Shown piece after piece: positions 1 through 11,600 of a stretch of DNA of 64,000 nucleotides. The first letter of the stretch is position 1, and every line of letters begins with the position of its first letter. Below the pieces are notes generated by a model. It was not told the DNA's origin and did not search any database. It worked only from the letters and a program-made list of their open reading frames with translations. This DNA comes from Lepidodermella squamata. Its lineage: Eukaryota; Animalia; Gastrotricha. A program made the position numbers and the translations under genes. The DNA lies in assembly GCA_047495785.1 (NCBI GenBank), contig JBLDXI010000003.1, positions 3,162,001 to 3,226,000 on the forward strand, given 5' to 3'.

Positions 1-1167
1 TGATCTGCCGACCAATGAGCACAGGTAAGGTTCTCTACCAAATTTCTAGGGTCTAAAATATATTAAGGGCTAGTGTAGAAGATGGAAATGTTGCCGAAAG
101 GGGGATATAGGTAAGGGTCTCCCCTTATATCGCTCAAGTTTCCGCAGGGGCCAGGGAAAAAATCATAAGGGTCCCCCCTGTGGTTAGGCTTCGAGCCCGA
201 GGGCTCGAAGCAGGGACAATCCCCCCCCGTCCCCCCACCATCTTCGGCACTGTTAAGGGCGCCCTAAATTATATCAAAAAATTATATAAAAGGATCAATG
301 TCGAGTTCCTAGACAGTTGATATCGGAAAAATCCCTGATTTTTTCGTAAAATCGATACTTGTAATCGATATCGGCCCTGCTGGCTGACACTCATATCGAT
401 AAGAACGCGAAACATCGAGATCTATCGGTTGGGAATGATAAAAAATGACATTTTAGTAAAGACATGAAACGTTTACGTTGGGGAAATTTAGAGCTGGAAC
501 CCTAATTTTGGGGTGGGCACACCCGCATTTCAACCTTCTTTTTCTACAATTCAGAGTTCCAAATCATTGGCTTTGGGGTTTCTATTTATCATTTAAATCT
601 CACTGCTTCGATTATTCGAAATCTCATTGATAGATCTTTTTGCCATCCTTCATAGGCTGCGATGCTAGCTCCGAGAGTGCAATGCCGTTGGATAAAAGCT
701 TCCCTACCAGGCTAGCATGTCAAAAGGCTATAAAATCGTTCTTCATCGTCAACATGACTGAATCTATCTTGAACTTCGACGAAGCTAACCGGCTTTGCAT
801 TCAATCATTCGGCCAGCTCGCCACGATAAAAACAGCGCAGGAACAAAACACATTGAGGGGAATGATTTCAAACTACGGCTATCCCATTCAAGGCGGCTGG
901 GTTGGGCTTAAACTGGTTGCAAATCTCCAGAAATACGGCTGGGTTGACGGGACATTTTTCGGCGACATCACGGATCGCCAATGGGGTGGAACTGATGCGG
1001 CTGACGAACCGACCAACCTTAAACCGTGTGGCGTCTACAGATTCTACCCGCCATTCAAAACATTCCCACAGGGCTACTACCTCGACGACGTAGATTGCGC
1101 CCTGCCGGGGCCGAATATCGCATTCTGCGAGACTTTTAACGCGGGTTTTAAGAATAATGAGCACTGA
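1..1167 (+). CDS. 3' end of a multi-C-type-lectin gene, tandem paralogue of 2604-14486 (exon fragment 1-24 and last exon 656-1167)
   Basis: 1-24 reads ICRPMST then G|gtaagg, matching SCRPMSA G|gtacag at 13545. The last exon starts after catag| at 656 and encodes a CTLD (CIQSFGQLATIK, GWVGL, WVDGT, EPT, C..C) closely similar to 13966-14486. The 3'UTR is also shared. Confidence 0.88.
318..430. repeat. Dispersed intronic repeat rich in ATCGAT/GATATCGG; related copies near 21668-21725 and 22886-22985
   Basis: The string tatcggaaaaatc(c/a)ctg.ttttt..aaaatcgatact.g.aatcgatatcgg recurs at about 320 and about 22890, and inverted at about 21670. Confidence 0.6.
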
Positions 1168-1611
1168 GCGAGTAACTGTTCTAAAGATTTTCCAAATGTT
1201 ATTATTATTTATTTCTCGTGTTATTCGCGAGTAAAATTTGAAGGACATTTTTTCGTTTCTTTCCATATTACCGTAATGCGGGGTAAAAGAATAGGTATTA
1301 TCTCTGATAATCCCAATTTTTCCGAGGAATATTTTAACTTTCAGCTAATACATTTTTTGTCGGTCATCAAATTGTTCTGGCTTTCCACGGCTGCCTACAC
1401 CATCAAATATATGCAGTTCGGGTTATCACAAGGTTATCACATTTGATTCAGGCTCAGTTGAACATGTGAGAAGATTCGTCATGATGATGCAGGATGCAGG
1501 ATGCCTGAAAGACGAATTTACGTCTCATGGCCAGAAAGTTTTTAGAAAAATTCACAAAATCACGAGAAGAGTAATCAAGCATGTCACCCTGTTAATGGGA
1601 TTAAAGCAATC

Positions 1612-1700
1612 CGGAGAAATTCTGTCCAACCGGGTAAAATACCGAAAATTACCGAACCAGTTACCAGCGGGGTTTAACCGGGTTTTCCTGAAATTTTTTT
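1612..1700. repeat. Dispersed repeat fragment; inverted copy near 36460-36515
   Basis: caaccgggtaaaataccgaaaat at about 1627 is the reverse complement of attttcggtattttacccggttg at about 36465. Confidence 0.55.
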
Positions 1701-2543
1701 ATTTCTTCGGTTAAATCGCAGATATTCTCAGATCGCAGATATTGAATATTCTCTCGGTAGGTTTAATTAAAAAAATTAATTGAATTTTCTACAAAAATTT
1801 CCAAATTAAAAAATAGTTGCGCAACCACGTCTGGGACACGCTATATTCTAAAGACTCTTATGCCATCGACAATATCAATATTAGGTAATGGGGCAATTTA
1901 TTGCTATTTGAAATATTTTTTGATGATTAATGGCGATGATTAACATATTTTCGTTGAATCACCAAAATCGAGTGACAAGTAAGGTTGGGGCCCTTAAGCT
2001 TCACTTCTCCACCACCAATTTTGACTCGTCAACCGCCTTATCGCGCGGATTTGCTTCGAAATCGGCCGTCATTAGCAATCAGGGCCATTTTTGTAACAAA
2101 ACACATCAAACTGCGTCGAATTTGCATCATCTGGATACGATAGACAGCGATTTAAATGAATGGCTCGGTTGATACGGCTCAGTGTCATTCAAAATTGCAT
2201 GTTCTATATTATTTTTCGTCTCGACGTTGCAATAGAATTTTGAAAAACGGACATGGGCGTTTTTCTTGGTTGTGGTTATAGTTCATTAGGTGGAAAATGA
2301 ATCTCGGTGGCCTGGCTCACGTCTAAAATTAGTGTAAATCCTGGCGTCTTTTCTACGCCCTGTTGTTTTGATTTTTTGTTCAATTTAAATCGTAAGCATT
2401 CTATCAGAAAAAACATATAGCGTGTGCCATTTTTCGATTGTAACATGACAAATCGGGCTGCTCGGTGTGAAACACGCGCCTCATCAAATGTTTTTCCACG
2501 TATTTTTCGTATCTATTGACATATTGAGATTACAAATTTCAGC

Positions 2544-2570
2544 TATAAATGAATTACGTCTGAATTCAGT
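2544..2570 (+). promoter_or_regulatory. Candidate core promoter (TATAAA plus TCAGT initiator) of the pseudo-astacin gene
   Basis: TATAAA at 2544-2549, TCAGT at 2566-2570, ATG at 2604. The spacing is slightly shorter than canonical. Confidence 0.4.
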
Positions 2571-2603
2571 AGCAATCGCGGTCCCAAATAACGTATAAAC
2601 TAG

Positions 2604-5600
2604 ATGCATTTACGCGTATTGTTCGTTATTTTATGGTTAACGAACTCTGCCGGGGTTCAGGCCATCCCTGCGGCTGCGCAACTGTGGCCAGACGTGGTGA
2701 ATTACATTGTCGATGTCGAAAAGCTTGGTAAGTTATTAGTTCCAATTTATCTCACGGTCTTACTTTCAGCGAAACCAATTTTGATACAATTTTTTTGACC
2801 CGGAATTGCGTTTTCACGCCTTCTGAAAAATCCTTTAAAACTTTGCGTGGTTTTTATTACAAGGCCTGGCAATCACATACAGTGAGGTACACTGAACAAA
2901 TCACATACGGTACAGTGAGGTTATTTCTGAATTTGACGCCGAGCTTGCCAAGTCTCGTGAACTCGAGATTTTCGGCCTGAAAAAGGATCATTGCAAGGTG
3001 TTCACGAGACTTGACAAGCTCGGTGTCAAAAAATGCGATCGTTGGCAAGACGTCAATTTTTTCACGGAAGAGAATTGATCGGTTAGTAGCTAGTAGCTCA
3101 GAAATTTCTAAGATCGAAATGTCTCAAGAACAGGTGAACAAATTGTCAATTCACGTTTCGCCCAGGTGAGATCGAATTTTCAGCTGTCAAACTGGACGGT
3201 TTGGGAGGAGTACCCTAATTCGACGCGCTGAATCCGAATCTGCAATTAAAACAGGGGGTCGACAGTTTTCGTAGGGCCGATTCACCGGTCGATTTCAGAA
3301 ATAATCAGTCTGGAGCGTAATTTTAATTTCACGAAATTATTCGAAAATGACATTTTTCGACACTTCACTTTTTGTGCCAAGTTTTGAAATTTGGTTCCGC
3401 AATACAAGACATTTTTGTTTGTTTTAAATTAATTGAAATTATATTATTTATCAAGGTGCGACTGTCTATGATAATATCAAGGCGGCTATCAACTTGTGGC
3501 AGGAAAATACCTGCATTACCTTCACAGACTTGGCTGTGCCGTTATCGAGCTTCGACCGTTCAACTCCTAACGTCATGATATTCGCGCCGGGTGTGCCGGG
3601 GTAAAAAATATTTTTTTTATCAAGAAATGGAATATGATATTTTTTATCTTCAGCTGTTTTACCAAAGTCGGTATGACCGATCCGCCATTTTACATCGTCA
3701 TGGGTCCGAGTTGCTACTATCAGGTATGATTAGTTGTTGCGAGCAGACATTTTAAATTTTTGAAAATATTTCAAGATTCCCGAGATTGCTGCTTTGATTG
3801 GACGAGCTCTTGGCTTGGTAAACATTTTAATCCAATAATTTCTTATTTTATTGATCCATTTTATTTCGCAGAACTATGAACACGTTAGAGCAGATCGTGA
3901 CCAGTACATCACAGTTAACCCAAGTGCCATAGTAGTGTAAGGTTTTTTCGACAAATCTAAACAATTTCGATTACCGGCTTTGTATTTTCAGACAGTCTCG
4001 ACCGTTATTTGACATTGACCCGACTGATAATAACTACGGCACGCCTTATGACTACGAATCGATAACTCATCCGATTTATAATTGGCAAAGCATCGATCGC
4101 ATGACTCCAACAATGAATACTAATGATATCAGACTTCTCTATAACTTGGGACAACGGCAGTTTGTCTCCTTTTTAGACTACAAGAAAATCAATCTTCATT
4201 ACAAGTGTAAAGGTATGATTTATTAAGCATCATTATACGACTACTATTTTAGGTGAGAAACCGTGTGTTCTCCGATTGGTTCATGCAAATGTGACGCAGG
4301 CGATTCAAACGAGCATTGCTCTTAAAAATCGATTGTTTTTGCCACAATCACACGCGATTTTGAGTGAATTTTCACATCGCGTGAATCGCCAGCTTCTCAT
4401 TAGTGACCGAACCAATCTCGAAATTCGCGCTGAATCCCGCCTAAAAAGTTTTCACATGAAATTCCTTACCTTAATCAGGAGTAACTTGAAGGTTTAGGAA
4501 TTACAAACCATATGTGAGGAAAGTGACTTTTTCTTCATTTTCCCACCTGATTTTGGACTGGTAGCGGAACAATGCCATTTTTTATGAAAGAGAATTGAGG
4601 AGGAGCAGGATGGGTTGTTTTTCGGGCCTAGAAAATCAGGGAAATAATATATAAATTGGAAATTTTCAGGACAAGTGGGTGCCGATGCCCAATGACAATG
4701 ATAAATTTGATTTTTCGCCTTGGTTTTATTGAAAAAGGTTGAAGGAAACCTCATATAGTACAGTTTTATTGAAACGAGCAGAAAGTATCTTCGTTTTTAA
4801 TTTTCAAGATTCGTTTGCCTGGCGACAGTTAAAGGCAGTATTATAGCTTGGGTTAAAAATTTCAAAACAGTCGGAATTCGGGTTGACCATCAGGATTAGG
4901 GAGCTTTTAAGTAACATTTCGAGAGACACAACTTTTAGCAAAAATTGGCTGAAAATCAGGAAATTTCTAAATGCTTTGTTTTGTGCTACCGATGGAAAGC
5001 TGGCCTTCCAGGCAACCAGGTGATTTAACTCTTTAGCCTTATTTCTATATGAGCGCAAGAAAACCAAAAAGGCGGATAGTAAAATTTCCAAAGTTAGCCA
5101 GCGCTACGGTAACCGAAATTTCCCCGCGTTAAGGTTTATATTTAATAAATTCAAGGGATTTAATTCAATTTAAAACGGTGGATGTATTTTCAGAGAAGAA
5201 GTGTGCTGACACCGACAGAGAATGTGTAAACAACGGCTATCAGGACCCGAAGGTGTGCAATACATGCAAATGCCCGTTTGGATTTACGGGATCTTTCTGT
5301 GAGAATTTACTCACCAGTAATTTACCTTGCGGTGGCGAGATTAAGATGACACCTTGTTCCACGTTTACCTTCACTTTGCCAACATCTCAATATAATCCTG
5401 GCTCTTGTTATTGGAACATCTCTACGGTAACAGTATTTAGCCTTTGACAAGTCGATATTCAGCAGATTTTATTCTTCGCAGACTGGCAACGGCCTGGTAC
5501 TCGCGCTTGAGGACAGGCCGGAACTAGCGGGCTACAACTCGAGTAAGATATTTGGTTTTCATAGATTTTCAAGCCAATTATTCTGTTGCCACAGATCTGT

Positions 5601-8600
5601 GCTGGAGCTTTCTCGAGATGCGAACCGATGATTTTTCGGTGCCAACGAACAAGTTAGTTTTCTCACATTTAATGCCATGAAAAATTTAACTAATTTAAAA
5701 CTAATTTTACTGATTTTACTAATGTTTACTAATCTAGAATGTGCGAGAAGACTGTTACTGCTGGGCGCATGTTTGAAACGAATAACCAGATTGCTGTTTT
5801 GGGATTCCGCCTTGACCCCACAGCCACCGATACGTCCATCAAGCGGATGGCCGGTTTTACATTCGTCCTTTACTCACCCTGTGGCGGTCCATGGGCGACT
5901 GGACTAACTCGTGAATGTCGAATAACCAGCTCGGGCTACGACTACGAAGGCAGCGCTACTACGACCGCCTCTGGGAAAGCGTGCATTTCTTGGACGCTGA
6001 TCCCTGGGCTACAGGCCATAAATTTTCCAAAAATGGACATTCTAGCATCGGCTAAGACTTGTAGAAACCCTATAAATCGCCCGAATATGTACTGCCAAAC
6101 TGATGTACCTACCAACACATCGCCGGGTTGGGAGAATTGCCAGCAGGTGCCTACATGCGGTACGTTGAATTTTACATCGTTTGAAATCGATCACGTAATA
6201 TATGTTTCAAAAATAGAGCCATGGACGAGATGCATCAGCAAAGCATCGCTGGCACTTATCGGATGTCGACAAGTCAATCGACCAGGCTGTCTTCCAACCG
6301 AAACTGAAGTGAGTCGGAAAGTGAAATGACCTTTAACCAGTGAAGAGTGGGATTTGGCGAAATGTTTGACAAGGGGAGGTTGAGATTCCGTTTTTAAGAG
6401 CAATGAAAGAGGAGTCGAATGATATCCAAACGAGGCTGTTAGCCGTAAATGCTGCTGAGACAAAAGACTGAGATAATAGGCGGAAAATTTAAATTTTAGA
6501 AAAGTTTTATACATACCTTTTTTTAGTATTATTCATTTCTATTACCACACGCTCATTCAATTTTTTGGTTCTATGCAAACGAAAATAGGGCAACAAAAAT
6601 AGAGCAAGGGCTTTAGAGCAAAACGACAAATGAGCAACTTTTATATTTAATTTTATCGCGAAAATTACGCAACGAAAAAAAGAGCAAAATGAAATTGGAG
6701 CAAAACGAAAAAAGAGCAAATTTTATTTTTACAATAAATAAGAGCTGAAATTAATTATTAAATTTGCTCTTCTGTCATAATTTGCGAAATTGGCGAAAAA
6801 GAGCAAAATGACAGAAGAGCAAATTTAATAATTAATTTCAGCTCTTATTTATTGTAAAAATAAAATTTTCTCTTTTTTCGTTTTGCTCTAATTTCATTTT
6901 GCTCTTTTCACATTTTGCTCTTTTTCTCTAATTTCGCTAATTTCGCTCTAATTTCGCTGCTCTAATGTTACAGTCATAATAATTAATTAAACTTGCTCTT
7001 TTGTCGTTTTGCTCTAATTTCGTTTAACTCTTATATCGTTGCTCTTAAGTCATTGCTTTATTTTCGTTGCTCAATTAGCATGGCACCAATTGTTTTACTG
7101 ATTGGTTTTATTCGATTTTTTTTAATTCTGAATATTCTGAAATGAGATATCTTACTAAATATTCAACAATTTGGATAGATTTATTCGGCAATATTATTAT
7201 TGGGGTTAATGTCTTTCAAGGTGGATAACATAGAGTTCTAACGCTTGGAAATTTAAAAACTGGTTCAGGGCGTAATGAAAGACAGTAATTGATAAGTCGA
7301 TTTCCTGGAAAATTCGCCAATCTCTACTTTTCACCTGTTATAACGGTCAGCTGTAATACAATTCATAATGGCTTATTTCCCGATATAGTTGACCCCTCTC
7401 GATACCAAAGCCAAACTACGCTATTACCTGAGATCAGCCGACTGCTTGGCAGGCGTTAGTAACTTCGTTGACCATTTTTTCTGATTTTTCTAAATTCCAG
7501 CTATATTCAGAGCGCACGTTGCTGCTTCGACCAAGGTAACAATAAATATTGGGCCCAGTCTGCCGAATACAGTTGCGGCGATGGCAATCTCGATGTTTGT
7601 TTCATACTTGTCACTTCCATTAAGCCAAATTAATATTATTTTCTCAGGTCGGAATTTTCAATTTGTACGGCTCTTTCGAGTCGAATTATAGAGATGCTCT
7701 AAAAGTCTGCAAACCAAATGTTAGTTCGCCACTTATTTTTCGATCACGTTCTAGCAATTTTCCCCAATTTTTCAGGTCCCTGTAAAACGCTGTATTGGTT
7801 ACGACTTGTACAATCCGACTTGCGTTCCGACTACTTCGCCGTGCCCTCCTCAATCCGTAATAAATTTTCGAAAATTGATCAACAACAAATTTTATGATTT
7901 GTTTTTTCCAATTTTTTTTATTAGGGCGTTGAAAGCACTTTTAGCAAGATTGACGGATGCACATTGGGAGTAAGTGATGACGAAGCGCTGAAATATATTG
8001 TAATATTGTTTCAAGGAGGAAGTGCGGTACTGCGCGATGAAATCGGGAGGATTCCGGTGCATTACAGACCCATGCGATCCAGAGCAGGAAACTGAAGTCT
8101 GTGGATTGTTTTACAATATGATAGCCGAATTGTGCATAATGCTACTATATTTTTAGATAGAGATCTTCACAGGTTCTCCGTACTTCGCATTCAATTACGA
8201 GCGTTGCCTCAATTACGTAAGGGTCTAAATATTTGATTCACTGAAATTGAGGATCCAGCATTAAATTTAAGCTTTCTGGCGGTCATTTCCCCAACGCAAA
8301 ATTACGGATTCGTGAAAAATATCAATAACAAAAAGTGTCAGGCTCGCTAATTGAAATTGACGCAGGTGAAACTATACGAAATAATGAGACAGGCGGGGCA
8401 TAATCGTAGAAAAAACTCGAGATTCTAAGGAAGATAACAAACTCGAAAAACTTTGGAAAATCTAGCGCGGGAGCATCAAATTTAGTGCTGGAAGCTAGAG
8501 CCCCAAAGTCGTTTATATTTATTACGTTAATTAATTCTTAATTATAATTCTTAATTTTTAAAAACCTTACTATTGTCTGGACGATTTTAAATTAGGTTGG

Positions 8601-11600
8601 CTATGTCCGCTGTATTTCGTGAGGAAGCACTAGTTGTCGGCTGGCTGAAAGAGGTCTAAATTTCTTGGAAATATCCCGATTTCCAGCTTAAATTTTTGCA
8701 AATTTAGGGTGTATCAACTTTTTTGAAAAACAGATGCCTCCATTTAGGACTTTCCTGACGAATGCAGACTGCGTAAACGCCCCGAAGCAATTCTTTGGAA
8801 TTTCATTCTCGAAGCCGATCGGTACTTGGGAAGAAGCCGCTGTATTATGCGAAGCCGCCAATGGCCAGCTGGCTACTGTCAAGAATGTATACGAGGGAAA
8901 CTGGCTCCGCGACGTCATATATGGGAAAGGCTTTGATTCAGGCTGGGTTGGATTGAAAGCTGGCGATGACATGGTTTTCAGCAAGTGGGTCGATTCATCG
9001 CCATTCGAGCCGTACGACACCCAGTGGCTGCCTGGGTTTCCATCGTTGCAGCCCGGCTTTCAGTGTGCCTACTATTTCGCCACGGACGGTACTATCGTCA
9101 TGAATAACACTCGTTGCAACGATGCGAAAATTAAAAATGCGTTTTGTGAGACTTACGGTAACTTGCAAGCGATTCCCAGCAGTGATGGAGAGCATATACG
9201 CTGTCTTAAATCAACCGATGGTTCTGTTCGTTGCGTTCCGAAAACACAAGGCTTGTTTCCTTTTTTACAGTAACGTAGGGTAACTTAACGGGTGGAACCA
9301 GGTTCTTAAGGGTTAAAATTCAGAAAATTTTGAAAATTTTGAACAAAGGTGTGGAAGATTATTTTTTATAGATCTGCTAATTTTGGCGATTTTTCAAATT
9401 CGTGGTCAGACTTTTCAGCAGTGTCATTTCAGCAAATGAGGGTCAAATCAGCAGTGACTTTTTCATCAATGACACCTTGTCAGTAGAAAACTCGGCAGAC
9501 CGTCATAATAGCAAATAGGTACCCAAAACAGCAAACGCGACAAAACAGCACATTTTTCATTTTCGACATAACAGCATCTGTAACATGGTAAGTTTTCGCT
9601 GTTTTGTCGCATTCGCTGTTCTGCAAGTTGCTGTTTTGTCGCCGTACCATTGAGGCAAAATAGTCATAATAGCAAAGTAAAATAGACACCCGTAACCCAA
9701 TACTTAGGAAAATTTAGCCTTAGCAAATACCCAAAACAGCAAACGCGGCATAACAGCAAATTTCTAACTTACGACATAACAGCAGAAACACGATGCATCT
9801 TTTACTTTTAAGTTTTCGCTGTTATGTCGCAAAATAAAAAATTTGCTGTTTTGTCGCATTCGCTGTTCTGCGCAGTTGCTGTTTTGTCGCCGTACCGAAA
9901 ATTCATAATAATCAACTTTTAGTTATTAAAGCCCAGAATGTTTTCGGAAAATATTTTCATTTTTCTTTCCCTATTGACACGTGATTTTCCGTAAGAGAAA
10001 AATTCGGGGATTAAGAATCTGAAAACCGCATATTTTTATCGTCTACCGTTATTGAGATATTCCAGTGTCAATTTGTCACGTGACCTTACCTTTTGTCACA
10101 CCTTGACGATTATCTCAAGAACGGTGATAGATAGGAAGCCGCTCTCAAAGAAAAAGTTCATCAGCGTGATGAGATCTATCTAGAAATGCATTCAGCTGGG
10201 TCATAGGGGATACTTCGCGCAAAATATCTCAATTTCGATTCCAATCTTAAATTTTTTAAATCAAAAATATGTAAACTTGACTTTTCTAAACACTGCACTC
10301 TCGACAACTAAATTTAAATACATTTTCTACCTAATTTCTCTATGATTTTGATATATCATATTGACTACTACACGGTTCAGAGTTAGTGGCCTGCGGGTCC
10401 TTCTGTATCCTCGAATCTTTTTTACTGCTTAATTCCCCTGATGAATTTATTTTTCGAAATAAAATAATAATAATAATAATAAATCGATTTTGAGGACACT
10501 TTAGTGCAGTTTGGTGACAGTCCCAAAAAACGGCTCCTAGCTCATCACCAAGCCTACGAGACACTGGTCATTTATCCGTTTTCCCCGAATTTATACGATT
10601 TCCCAGCGCGGAGATATGCCTTTTAGACACCCTGGGGTTGTAGTCACCCTACAGGATTTTTTAAAAATAGGGTAGCAGGAAAAGATGCCGTTGGGCTTTA
10701 ATGGCATATTTAATTTAAATAATCCCTGAAGACACAAGTGAGCAGTGAAATTTCAGCAGCGACAAATGAGCAAGTGACACTACGTCAATTTTTATTTAAA
10801 TTCTTTATTATTGTTAAAATTGTATTAAAAATTTTAGCAATAATAATTATGGCGACAACATGTTTTCTGTTTTATATTTCGCCTTTTCATAACCAATTAC
10901 TTATAGTCTCCAAGGTTACCTTGCCTACGATTGCCCAACAAAATTAGTTGAAACGTTTGATAATTTCCAGACTGTGCTATTGGCGAAATTCAGATGCCGA
11001 AAAAGTCTTTCCTGAAGAAATCAGACTGCGAAAATGCCGTGAAACGGTTCTACGGATTGAACGATGATATATGGGCCATCGACACCTTCGACGCAGGTAT
11101 ATAGCATACATATTATTATCAAAGCGAATGAGTTGTAATTATGACGAAATTCAAGCTAAAGCCCGATGCGAGTCTGCGGGCGGCCAGTTGGCGACAATAA
11201 AAAGCGCCGCAGAACTGGAACTGGTACGTGGCGTTATTAGTACCAATGCGTTACTCGGTTACGATTACACATCGGGCTGGATCGGCTTTAATAATGGCCG
11301 CTGGATTGACGGCACAGCCTTCACGCTTTTCGACGGTCTTATCGGGCGTGATGTGAACCGTATGTTTGCTCTTGCAGTTTAGCAATTGAAATTTTAATTT
11401 TGATTTTCTTGAAGATGACGGGAGTGTAACTAAGCCATGTGCTGCAATGACGTTTTTCGAGTCTTACTATGCGTTCCCTGGTGACTTTTACATGACCGAT
11501 ATATCGTGCACACCGGCGCCTAGTGTTTATTATGCAGCAATATGCGAGACATTTGATGCCCCTATAAATGTGAGGAATATTTTCATATTGCAAAATTTTA

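Noticed and set aside
6575-7087. Regularly spaced short repeats suggesting a CRISPR-like array
   Set aside because: Units are 7-bp degenerate motifs in inverted arms within a eukaryotic intron; no constant repeat/spacer structure and no cas genes.
8620-8622. Selenocysteine codon
   Set aside because: Not at a conserved Cys position of the module, and no SECIS-like element recognised in the 3'UTR by eye.
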